A stretch of 64,000 nt of DNA. Origin: a virus. The translations under genes and the position numbers were made by a program. The notes beneath the pieces are model-generated. The model saw only the letters and a list, made by a program, of their open reading frames with translations. It searched no databases and had not been told where the DNA came from. Positions 19,744 through 27,330 of this stretch are shown here, piece by piece. The stretch spans positions 70,167 to 134,166 of IMG/VR virus record IMGVR_UViG_3300027859_000890; one strand, 5' to 3'. Each line of letters opens with the position of its first letter. The first letter of the stretch is position 1.

Positions 19744-20462
19744 CAACTATAGTTGCAATTGGTTGCAGTCATACATATGGCACAAGGCTTGATGGTATTC
19801 AAAGCAGTAGTCTATTCAATATTAATAATAACTTTGCTGCCTTGCTTGCAAAAAGAAACAATTTTAAAATAGCACATTTAAGTCAGCCAGGTGGTAGTAA
19901 TGAATTTATTCATAGACAAACAGTTGATTGGTTAACAAGACATAGAAAACGTGACGAAGATTATATCGTGTTAATTGGTTGGACCAGTCCGTTTAGAATG
20001 GAACTTAGATATCCAGAGGATTCAGATGTTGAACACGCTGCTCTAAGCAAAATAGATATGAAATACTTTCCTGTTAGCATAGGACAGGAACCAGAGATTG
20101 CACAAACAAAACAGTTCAAAAATATACACAGCATATTGCCTATTATGTTTGAAGAAACTAAGGAATATGATATGTGGGCAAGTTATGCACTAGCCACACA
20201 GCGTATGCTACAAAAAAACAAAGTAAAATTTTTGATGTATAATACTTGCGAAGAAATAAAAATTACGCAAAATAATTCAAGTATTATTAATTTGTTTGAT
20301 ACAATAACTTACCTTAATCCTACTACAAAAGATGCTAATTTTTTGTATTGGGGATTGAAAAACGGGTATGAAAAGACAGAATGTTGGCATTTGAAACTAG
20401 ATGCACACATTGCTTGGAGTGAATATTTAGAAAAAGAGTGTAAAAAACTTGACTACTTTTGA
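19740..20462 (+). CDS. SGNH/GDSL hydrolase-like protein
   Basis: GCSHTYG, PGGSN, IGWT..R.E, C-terminal H....H. Confidence 0.65.
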   Translation: MTTIVAIGCSHTYGTRLDGIQSSSLFNINNNFAALLAKRNNFKIAHLSQPGGSNEFIHRQTVDWLTRHRKRDEDYIVLIGWTSPFRMELRYPEDSDVEHAALSKIDMKYFPVSIGQEPEIAQTKQFKNIHSILPIMFEETKEYDMWASYALATQRMLQKNKVKFLMYNTCEEIKITQNNSSIINLFDTITYLNPTTKDANFLYWGLKNGYEKTECWHLKLDAHIAWSEYLEKECKKLDYF

Positions 20463-20477
20463 TAACTGTGTTATAAG
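20449..20477 (+). promoter_or_regulatory. sigma70-type promoter
   Basis: TTGACT, 17-nt spacer, TATAAG with TG extension; AGGAG SD. Confidence 0.5.
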
Positions 20478-20497
20478 TACAAAACAGTGAGGAGAAA

Positions 20498-20701
20498 TTG
20501 ATGTCTAAATATGGTCCAAGAGTTTACGCTAGTGATTTGATAAACACAAAAAATCATTGGGCAGTTGGTGTAGTTTGGAATAGAGAAGGCAGTAAAGGTG
20601 TTTACAAAATAGAAATGCAAGATAAAGGTTTTACTTGTGATTGTCCAGCGTTTAAGAAATGTAAACATATAAAATCAGTAGAGGAGCAGTTCATTGGCTA
20701 A
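20498..20701 (+). CDS. SWIM zinc-finger protein
   Basis: FTCDCPAFKKCKHI (CxCxnCxH). Confidence 0.75.
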   Translation: MMSKYGPRVYASDLINTKNHWAVGVVWNREGSKGVYKIEMQDKGFTCDCPAFKKCKHIKSVEEQFIG

Positions 20702-21872
20702 AAGTGTAGTGAAACGCAAAAAACCCAGAGCAAAACGTAATCTAAATGATTGGGATGTTATACGTGAAGACTGGGGTTGGCAAAAAGCAGGCTATTATAT
20801 CCATTACGAAATTGATAGTAAGCAATGGCTTGTTAAGATAAAAGAGTTTATAAAAAAGAGATATGATAAAAAAGTTGTAACTTCAATCAACAAACTCCCT
20901 GATTGGAAAATTGGTGGTAAAAGTCATTGGGCAACAGCGGCACACTTTGAAGAACATTGGCCAGATAAAATACACGAAGGTTATGTAGGCAAACTAAATG
21001 AATGGATTCTAAAACTTGCAGAAGAAGGTGCAAAAGTAGTAGAAGAAAAGAAGAAAGAAGAAAAAGCAAAAAAGAATGTATATGTTCCTAGCATACAAGA
21101 ACGTATTCGTGATCAAGCATTTCTTGCCTGTGAAGCCATAGAAGAATGGATGGATGGTTTTATTACAGATAATAAAACGTTTGATCCTAAAGGATTTGAT
21201 TTTGTAAAACACTTCGCAAAATATAAAGTTACTCAAGCACACGCAAGAAAAATTAAAGGTTTGTATCAAGGTGAATTAGAAGAAGCATATCTAATACAAG
21301 ATTTGCCAACACCAGGACAAATTAAAAAATGCAAGAATGAACGTGAAGCAGATCAATTACAGCAATTACGCGAAGGCTACAGTCATCTAACAAAAAAGGA
21401 TGCAAAAGCATACTTGACTGCATTAGAGCTACTACACGGCGCTTGTGACGTTGTTATAGACGCCGCTAAAGCAAATCGTAAGCCACGTGCTAAGAAAGCA
21501 CCAAGTAAAGAAAAACTAGTTGCTAAGTTGAAGTATATGTTGCGTGATGACAAACTACAACTTGTCAGTGTAAATCCATTAGATATTTTGGATAGCAAAG
21601 AAGTTTGGGTATACAATGTTAAGACACGTAAACTTGGAAAGTATATTGCAGAAGATCACGCAACTTTGCAAGTTAAAGGTACAACACTATTGCATTTCAA
21701 CGAATTGCAAAGTAAACAAAAAACATTGCGTAAACCTGCAGAAACACTTAAAGAATTTAAGAATGCCGGCAAAGTGCAACTAAGAAAATTTATGGATGAT
21801 ATTAAAACCACTGATATCAAATTAAATGGCAGATTAAATAGTGATACTATTATTCTCAAATGTGTAAAATAA
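20694..21872 (+). CDS. large-phage hypothetical protein
   Basis: Basic protein with C-terminal VKGTTL..F...S.QKTLRKP...NGRLN motif recalled from T4-like phages. Confidence 0.7.
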   Translation: MAKSVVKRKKPRAKRNLNDWDVIREDWGWQKAGYYIHYEIDSKQWLVKIKEFIKKRYDKKVVTSINKLPDWKIGGKSHWATAAHFEEHWPDKIHEGYVGKLNEWILKLAEEGAKVVEEKKKEEKAKKNVYVPSIQERIRDQAFLACEAIEEWMDGFITDNKTFDPKGFDFVKHFAKYKVTQAHARKIKGLYQGELEEAYLIQDLPTPGQIKKCKNEREADQLQQLREGYSHLTKKDAKAYLTALELLHGACDVVIDAAKANRKPRAKKAPSKEKLVAKLKYMLRDDKLQLVSVNPLDILDSKEVWVYNVKTRKLGKYIAEDHATLQVKGTTLLHFNELQSKQKTLRKPAETLKEFKNAGKVQLRKFMDDIKTTDIKLNGRLNSDTIILKCVK

Positions 21873-21875
21873 ATA
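21869..21875 (+). promoter_or_regulatory. late-type promoter
   Basis: ATAAATA overlapping the upstream stop codon. Confidence 0.55.
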
Positions 21876-21883
21876 TATTGCTA

Positions 21884-21923
21884 AGGAGTTCGCCACGAGC
21901 CTCCTATATCAAAAGGCAGGGGA
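21884..21923 (+). ncRNA. preQ1-I riboswitch-like aptamer
   Basis: P1 AGGAG/CTCCT; 12-nt loop TTCGCCACGAGC; tail ATATCAAAA; GGC pairs with loop GCC; abuts SD AGGGGA. Confidence 0.6.
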
Positions 21924-21932
21924 TACATAAAT

Positions 21933-22238
21933 TTGACATTAGAAAAACTTAAAAAACAACTATTGTGGTGGAATAAAGCGGCAGTGGTGGCACCAATCTT
22001 TGTTACTACATTTTTGGTGTTACTGTGGTATGCTTCTATATGTCCGCCCGACCAATTATTTTTAACAGCCTGTGGGCTGTATTTCGCTACCGCAGTAATC
22101 TGGTGGTGGTGGACAATGCGAGGTATAGCATACCTTGTAGCATTGATGCAGAAGATACAGGAAGATATGCTCGAAGCATCAAAAGACCTAAAAAGTATTC
22201 GTAATGAGATACAGGTTGACAACCAATCTACTAAGTAG
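21933..22238 (+). CDS. small two-TM membrane protein with C-terminal coiled coil
   Basis: Two hydrophobic segments; TTG start 9 nt after AGGGGA. Confidence 0.65.
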   Translation: MTLEKLKKQLLWWNKAAVVAPIFVTTFLVLLWYASICPPDQLFLTACGLYFATAVIWWWWTMRGIAYLVALMQKIQEDMLEASKDLKSIRNEIQVDNQSTK

Positions 22239-22244
22239 TATTAT
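22216..22244 (+). promoter_or_regulatory. sigma70-type promoter for queD
   Basis: TTGACA(22216-22221), 17-nt spacer, TATTAT(22239-22244); predicted start near 22251. Confidence 0.7.
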
Positions 22245-22251
22245 TAAACTA

Positions 22252-22310
22252 AGAGGACTATGTGTTCGACCCTCTATAAATATTCCGCACACTCCGTATT
22301 GACAAGGAGT
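22252..22310 (+). ncRNA. preQ1-like pseudoknot leader with anti-SD hairpin
   Basis: P1 AGAGG/CCTCT followed by ATAAA; loop TGTGT pairs with GCACA; ACTCC pairs with SD GGAGT; lies directly before queD. Confidence 0.5.
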
Positions 22311-22315
22311 ATAAT

Positions 22316-22759
22316 ATGAGTTATTACAGTACAAAAACATATGGGCACAACATTGGATTGAGTGCCTGCTTTAGACAACCTAATGCACATTCACATTGCA
22401 AATTTTTACACGGATATAGTTTGCAATTTAAATTTACGTTTTCAGCAATTAATCTTGATGAGCGTAATTGGGTAGTTGACTTTGGTGGCTTGAAGCCGTT
22501 GAAAGCGTGGCTTGAAGAAAAGTTTGATCACAAAGTTATACTAGACGTTGAAGATCCTTTTATGGAGCATTTTGATAATCTTGCGGCAGCAGGACTATGT
22601 GAACTTACAAAGTTTGATGGTGTAGGCGTTGAACGTTTTGCATATCACGCTTGGGTGTTTGCAAATAAACTTGTTGACGAAATGACTGACGGACGTTGTA
22701 AATGCGTTGAAGTAGAATGTGCTGAACACGGTGCAAATTCGGCGATATACAAAGTATGA
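22316..22759 (+). CDS. queD: 6-pyruvoyl-tetrahydropterin/6-carboxytetrahydropterin synthase
   Basis: SHC..LHGYS, WVVDFGGLK, FDHK, E..A, VECAEH..NSA. Confidence 0.88.
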   Translation: MSYYSTKTYGHNIGLSACFRQPNAHSHCKFLHGYSLQFKFTFSAINLDERNWVVDFGGLKPLKAWLEEKFDHKVILDVEDPFMEHFDNLAAAGLCELTKFDGVGVERFAYHAWVFANKLVDEMTDGRCKCVEVECAEHGANSAIYKV

Positions 22760-23181
22760 AGATATTAATATTTGGCCTACCAGGAAGCGGCAAAACAACA
22801 TTGGCAAAATCATTTGCTGAGTTGATAGGTGGAGTACATTTAAACGCTGACGCAGTACGAACCAAATATAATGATTGGGACTTTAGTAAAGCAGGGCGTG
22901 TAAAGCAAGCACAACGTATGCGTCTTTTAGCAGATGGTGTAGTTATGGCAGGCAAAACTGCCATAGCAGACTTTGTATGTCCTACTTACATAACTAGATT
23001 AGAGTTTAATCCTGACTTTACAGTTTGGATGGATACTGTTGATGGTTGTGAATATAATGACACTAATATTTTATTTGAACCACCTGAAAAAGTAGATTAT
23101 CACGTAGGTGAATGGTTCAGTAACACACACGAAGCATTAGAACCTGTCATCAAAAGATGGATGGAAAGAAATGGTGTTTGA
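22756..23181 (+). CDS. adenylylsulfate-kinase-like P-loop kinase
   Basis: GLPGSGKTT, NADAVR, DWDFS..GR, DFVCP, FEPP. Confidence 0.75.
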   Translation: MKILIFGLPGSGKTTLAKSFAELIGGVHLNADAVRTKYNDWDFSKAGRVKQAQRMRLLADGVVMAGKTAIADFVCPTYITRLEFNPDFTVWMDTVDGCEYNDTNILFEPPEKVDYHVGEWFSNTHEALEPVIKRWMERNGV

Positions 23182-23575
23182 TTTTAAAAAACCTACTGTA
23201 CAGTTGTTAGGCAGATGGCAACCTTGGCACGAAGGACATACTGCTCTTTTTAAAAAAGCACTAGAACAAACAGGCCAAGTTGTTATAATGGTGCGTGATG
23301 TAAATGGTGCTGATGCTGGAATGGGCAATAAAGACAATCCTTTTCATATGCGTGAAGTGCGTGGACAAATAGATCGTGCCTTAGAAGCAGAAGGTTATAC
23401 AAACGGTATTGAATATCACGTTATGTTAGTACCAAACATTGTAGACATAAGTTATGGTCGTAAAGTTGGTTACACATTTACAGAACAGGATTTAGGTGAA
23501 GAGATACACGAAATAAGTGCAACCAAAATTAGACGTAGAATGCGCAGAGAAGGTACACTTGAAAAAAGAAAATGA
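23171..23575 (+). CDS. HIGH-motif cytidylyltransferase-like protein
   Basis: GRWQPWHEGH, NPF, ISATKIR. Confidence 0.8.
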   Translation: MVFDFKKPTVQLLGRWQPWHEGHTALFKKALEQTGQVVIMVRDVNGADAGMGNKDNPFHMREVRGQIDRALEAEGYTNGIEYHVMLVPNIVDISYGRKVGYTFTEQDLGEEIHEISATKIRRRMRREGTLEKRK

Positions 23576-24264
23576 ATTACATTATATGTCTAAAATGGGG
23601 AAAGAAATATTCTGCTGAATACGTAAACAAACTTTATGCAATGACGCAAAGGCATTGTAAAGTACCGCACCAATTTATTTGTTTTACTGAAAGCAGAAAA
23701 GACATAGACAAAGAAATCAAAACAATAAATTTACCCACTATAAATTTAGATGGTTGGTGGTTCAAACCTTGGTTCTTTAGTAAAGATTTGCCAATACAAG
23801 GTACAATGTTATATTTTGATTTAGATGTAATCGTATTTAGAAATATAGATAAGTTGTTTGAATACAAACCAAAACAGTTTTGTATCATTAGAGATTTCAA
23901 TAGAAGTATTAGGCCTGGCTTTGATAGAATAAACAGCAGTGTGTTTCGTTTAGAAACAGGAATGTTTGATCCTATATGGAAACAGTTTGAAAATGATCCT
24001 AAATTACATATGCAAAAGAATAGAGGTGATCAAGACTGGATGTACAAAAACATAAGAAACTTCAGTTACTGGCCAGATGAATGGATACAAAGTTATAAAT
24101 GGGAAATGCGTGATAGGAGAGATCTAGCAATACACAAAGGCAAAAGAAACTTTATTGTAGATTCACCGCCTAAAATACTAGATGATTGCAGTGTTGCTGT
24201 ATTTCACGGTGAACCAAACCCATTAGATGCAAATGATACTTGGGTAAGGAATAATTGGGGTTGA
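23572..24264 (+). CDS. GT-A glycosyltransferase-like protein
   Basis: CLKWG.KY...YVN, YFDLD (DxD), NSSV, GDQD, FHGEPNP. Confidence 0.8.
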   Translation: MNYIICLKWGKKYSAEYVNKLYAMTQRHCKVPHQFICFTESRKDIDKEIKTINLPTINLDGWWFKPWFFSKDLPIQGTMLYFDLDVIVFRNIDKLFEYKPKQFCIIRDFNRSIRPGFDRINSSVFRLETGMFDPIWKQFENDPKLHMQKNRGDQDWMYKNIRNFSYWPDEWIQSYKWEMRDRRDLAIHKGKRNFIVDSPPKILDDCSVAVFHGEPNPLDANDTWVRNNWG

Positions 24265-24289
24265 CAAGCACATTTGTTTGTGTTATATT
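24261..24289 (+). promoter_or_regulatory. sigma70-type promoter
   Basis: TTGACA, 17-nt spacer, TATATT with TG extension. Confidence 0.7.
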
Positions 24290-24319
24290 ACTTATATAAC
24301 GTAACACAAAGAGGGTAAT

Positions 24320-24667
24320 ATGACAAACACTATTGAATGGGGCCAAACACCTACTACTAAGCCAATCGTTGAAAAATTAGATGAACTAATACCATTAGAA
24401 GGTATGGTTACTAATCCTGTAAAAAACAAACATTTAGAAAAGTTTCGTAAAGCACAAAATGTTGTTTACGATATTTTTAACAATGGTCTTGGTAACAGAG
24501 GTAAGTCTTTAAAAGTTTTAGGGCTTATGAAATATGATCTTGCACTAGAAGAATACAGAGGTGGCGAGATAATTATGCGAGCTAATTGGGATAGAGTCAA
24601 CGAAGTTGTTGAACAAGCATTTACGCCAATCGTTATGGCGGCAGCAAAGGAACAAGGAATCAAGTGA
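24320..24667 (+). CDS. hypothetical protein
   Basis: SD GAGGG; YDIFNNGLGN motif. Confidence 0.7.
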   Translation: MTNTIEWGQTPTTKPIVEKLDELIPLEGMVTNPVKNKHLEKFRKAQNVVYDIFNNGLGNRGKSLKVLGLMKYDLALEEYRGGEIIMRANWDRVNEVVEQAFTPIVMAAAKEQGIK

Positions 24668-25200
24668 TGCCAAATACTTGGGTCATCAGTGACACACATT
24701 TCAGACACGAAGCAATCCTTACGTTCAAGGACTATGCTGGCAAGCCTCCAAGAGAAGGGTTTGACAATGTTGATCATATGGATCAGCATATGATGGATAT
24801 GTGGAATGAAACTGTTAAGCCTGAAGATACAATATATCATTTAGGTGATGTTTTGTTTGGACACGATAAACTTGAGTGGATGCAAAATAACTTCAAAAAG
24901 TTGCCTGGTAAAAAGTATTTGGTGCTTGGTAATCACGATAACCCAAAGTTTATGGCTATGTTCTTTAAACAGATAATGTTGTGGAAGGACTACAGTGAAT
25001 TAGGGTTATTGCTTAGCCACACACCTGTACATCCAAGCACACTTGCTGAAACACATAGGTTTGGTGATAAACCTGTGTTGAATGTTCACGGACACATACA
25101 TAGTAATCCTTCACCAGAAGGTCCTTACAAATGTGTGAGCGTAGAACAAATAAACTATACGCCTGTCAATTTAGACAGTCTTAGAGAAGGAGTAATGTAA
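24664..25200 (+). CDS. calcineurin-like metallophosphoesterase
   Basis: SDTHF.H, HLGD, GNHD, SH.P, HGHIH. Confidence 0.9.
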   Translation: MMPNTWVISDTHFRHEAILTFKDYAGKPPREGFDNVDHMDQHMMDMWNETVKPEDTIYHLGDVLFGHDKLEWMQNNFKKLPGKKYLVLGNHDNPKFMAMFFKQIMLWKDYSELGLLLSHTPVHPSTLAETHRFGDKPVLNVHGHIHSNPSPEGPYKCVSVEQINYTPVNLDSLREGVM

Positions 25201-25445
25201 TGACTAGACTACAACGTAAATTTTTAGCGAAAATAGCACCGCCATTTGTAATTATGGCTTATGTTGCATTTGTCTTATTGTTGTTTCTTGCATCACCAAG
25301 TGTTTGGTTTGCAGTTGGTGTTATTATACTTTTTCTTATGGTACCACTGTTTGGTTGGTTTTTCTATGAATCTTGGAAAGATGCAAAGTGGGAAATAGAA
25401 AGAGAAAATCAGCAAATGCTGTACGAAATTAAAAAAGATGCTTGA
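25200..25445 (+). CDS. small membrane protein
   Basis: Two hydrophobic helices; coupled ORF. Confidence 0.6.
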   Translation: MTRLQRKFLAKIAPPFVIMAYVAFVLLLFLASPSVWFAVGVIILFLMVPLFGWFFYESWKDAKWEIERENQQMLYEIKKDA

Positions 25446-25758
25446 CGAACACGCCGCAAAACTTTTTGCGAAAAATATTAATATGATGGTGCCGTGGTAT
25501 CTCATGGCATCATATGCCTATTATGAACAAGACGATGCTATCTTTTCAGATGGCTTTTTTGATGATATGGGTAAAACTATGTTAGCCTGTTGGGACGACA
25601 TTGAACACTTTCATAAAGAATTTATTACAAAGGGCGACTTAGAAGCAGGTACTTTTTTAGGTAAGTACCCTAGTAGGGTTGAGGGAGCATTAAAAAGTTT
25701 GCGTGAAGCATACTACACAAAAAGCGGCACAGTTCGCAAGAAACCGAAACTCTCTTGA
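25438..25758 (+). CDS. protein resembling NAD-dependent DNA ligase subdomain Ia
   Basis: SYAYYEQDDAIFSDGFFD resembles the LigA 'YY..D.P.ISD..YD' motif; no catalytic domain. Confidence 0.55.
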   Translation: MLDEHAAKLFAKNINMMVPWYLMASYAYYEQDDAIFSDGFFDDMGKTMLACWDDIEHFHKEFITKGDLEAGTFLGKYPSRVEGALKSLREAYYTKSGTVRKKPKLS

Positions 25759-25783
25759 CAAACAGACACATAGAAAGTATATT
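25755..25783 (+). promoter_or_regulatory. sigma70-type promoter giving a leaderless uvsE mRNA
   Basis: TTGACA(25755), 17-nt spacer, TATATT(25778-25783); in-frame ATG at 25790. Confidence 0.6.
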
Positions 25784-25789
25784 AGTATT

Positions 25790-26911
25790 ATGCAAGACTT
25801 AATTTTTACAAATGTAGAGGACTTCTTACGATCTCAGCAAAAGCGTATAGGCTTTGCTTGTAAGTATCTACATTTCAATCAGAATCAAAAACCTAAAATA
25901 TTAGAGGAAATACAGCGTCCACTTACAGAGAAATGTACAACCGTTGCTTGGCTAAATAGACAAAGTAAGGATGTTGCCGAACAAAGACTGTGGGACATAA
26001 TGGAACACAATGCGGCAGCCGCAAAAAGGTTAGTAGAGTATGTGGGAAGCCTTCCTCCAGAACTTCGTATGGTCCGACTGGGTAGCAATCAGCTTCCTTG
26101 TGCTACCGAGCCTAGCTGGCGCTATTTTTGGTCTTTGCCAGATGTGGTGGCATACGGGGAGAAAGCATACGCAAAAGTGGGAGACGCAGCCAGACGCTTG
26201 GATGTTAGGCTCTCAATGCACCCAGGACAGTTTACGGTCCTTGCAAGTGACAATCCAGAAATCGTCGAAAGGAGCATAGAAGAATTTGAATATCACGCCA
26301 CTCTCATACGGTGGATGGGATACGGTAAGAAGTTCCAGGACTTCAAAAACAACGTCCACATCTCCGGCAGACAAGGTCCAGCCGGTATCAAAGCCGTCCT
26401 TCCGCGCCTCTCGCAGGAGGCAAGAAACACTATTACAATCGAGAACGACGAAGTCAGCTGGGGACTCGAAGCCAGCCTTGAGCTTGCAGACGATCTCGCT
26501 TTGGTGCTAGACATACATCACCACTGGGTGAAAACAGGAGAATACATTGAACCAGATGACGACCGTATTGGAATTATTATCGATAGTTGGCGTGGTGAGC
26601 GTCCTGTCATTCACTATTCTTTATGCCGTGAGGATAACCTACAGAATGCTTCGGCAAGTGTACGACCGGACTTGGACACGTTACTTGAATCAGGACACAA
26701 AAAACAAAAACTAAGAGCACACAGTGATTACTGTTGGAATGATGCTTGCAACGAATGGGCATTGTCGCATTGGGAATGGGCAGACATTATGGTAGAAGCT
26801 AAGATGAAAAACTTGGCAAGCGGACAACTTTACAGTATGACTGAAGAGTCTAAAGAAATGATGGATTTTACATCGTTTGTAAAAGACAACAGTGATTTAA
26901 TGGAAGCATAA
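25790..26911 (+). CDS. uvsE: UV-damage endonuclease
   Basis: RIGFAC, RLSMHPGQF, NVH, IENDE, LDIHHH, HYS, RAHSD, DIMVEAKMK. Confidence 0.9.
   Translation: MQDLIFTNVEDFLRSQQKRIGFACKYLHFNQNQKPKILEEIQRPLTEKCTTVAWLNRQSKDVAEQRLWDIMEHNAAAAKRLVEYVGSLPPELRMVRLGSNQLPCATEPSWRYFWSLPDVVAYGEKAYAKVGDAARRLDVRLSMHPGQFTVLASDNPEIVERSIEEFEYHATLIRWMGYGKKFQDFKNNVHISGRQGPAGIKAVLPRLSQEARNTITIENDEVSWGLEASLELADDLALVLDIHHHWVKTGEYIEPDDDRIGIIIDSWRGERPVIHYSLCREDNLQNASASVRPDLDTLLESGHKKQKLRAHSDYCWNDACNEWALSHWEWADIMVEAKMKNLASGQLYSMTEESKEMMDFTSFVKDNSDLMEA
26040..26279 (+). CDS. candidate overprinted membrane protein in the +1 frame of uvsE
   Basis: ATG start, N-terminal TM-like segment, coincides with a GC-rich stretch of uvsE. 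Confidence 0.35.
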   Translation: MWEAFLQNFVWSDWVAISFLVLPSLAGAIFGLCQMWWHTGRKHTQKWETQPDAWMLGSQCTQDSLRSLQVTIQKSSKGA

Positions 26912-26918
26912 ATACGTT

Positions 26919-27173
26919 ATGAAAAGTAATTTTATATCCTCTATGTATGCAAGAACAAAAATGCAATCACCAACACAAGAAAAAAATCCTAATAGGGTGC
27001 TTGGTGGACTAAAAGGTCAAGGTGTAAACAGTTTTAGTATGTTAGGCGAAGATGGTATTGAAAAAGAAATACCAACACAAGCATATGTACAAGCTCTTGA
27101 AGAAAAATTAAGAACACAAGACTCACGTATTGCAGTTTTAGAAAAACAAATTAGGAGACTATCAAATGGTTAA
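26919..27173 (+). CDS. hypothetical protein with C-terminal coiled coil
   Basis: ATAAATA 4 nt before ATG; NPNRVLGGLKG. Confidence 0.7.
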   Translation: MKSNFISSMYARTKMQSPTQEKNPNRVLGGLKGQGVNSFSMLGEDGIEKEIPTQAYVQALEEKLRTQDSRIAVLEKQIRRLSNG

Positions 27174-27330
27174 AAATTGGATTAAGAAAAGATTAGAAGA
27201 AAAATCAACACTCGATGGAGTACTAATGGTGGCAGCAGGAGCCGCAATCATTATTTTTTCACCACTAACAAAATTAATTGCTTATGGTGCAATCGCTTAC
27301 GGTGCTTGGACAATCTATAGACAGGGATGA
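27166..27330 (+). CDS. 54-aa membrane protein (not in ORF track)
   Basis: AGGAG SD; MVKNWIKKRLEEKSTLDGVLMVAAGAAIIIFSPLTKLIAYGAIAYGAWTIYRQG. Confidence 0.7.
   Translation: MVKNWIKKRLEEKSTLDGVLMVAAGAAIIIFSPLTKLIAYGAIAYGAWTIYRQG

Noticed and set aside
9907-20462. RiPP precursor peptide for the radical SAM cluster
   Set aside because: Genes abut or overlap, leaving no small ORF that could be supported as a precursor.
22299-22315. TTGACA and TATAAT just before queD
   Set aside because: Only 5 nt apart, so not a promoter; they overlap the SD hairpin.
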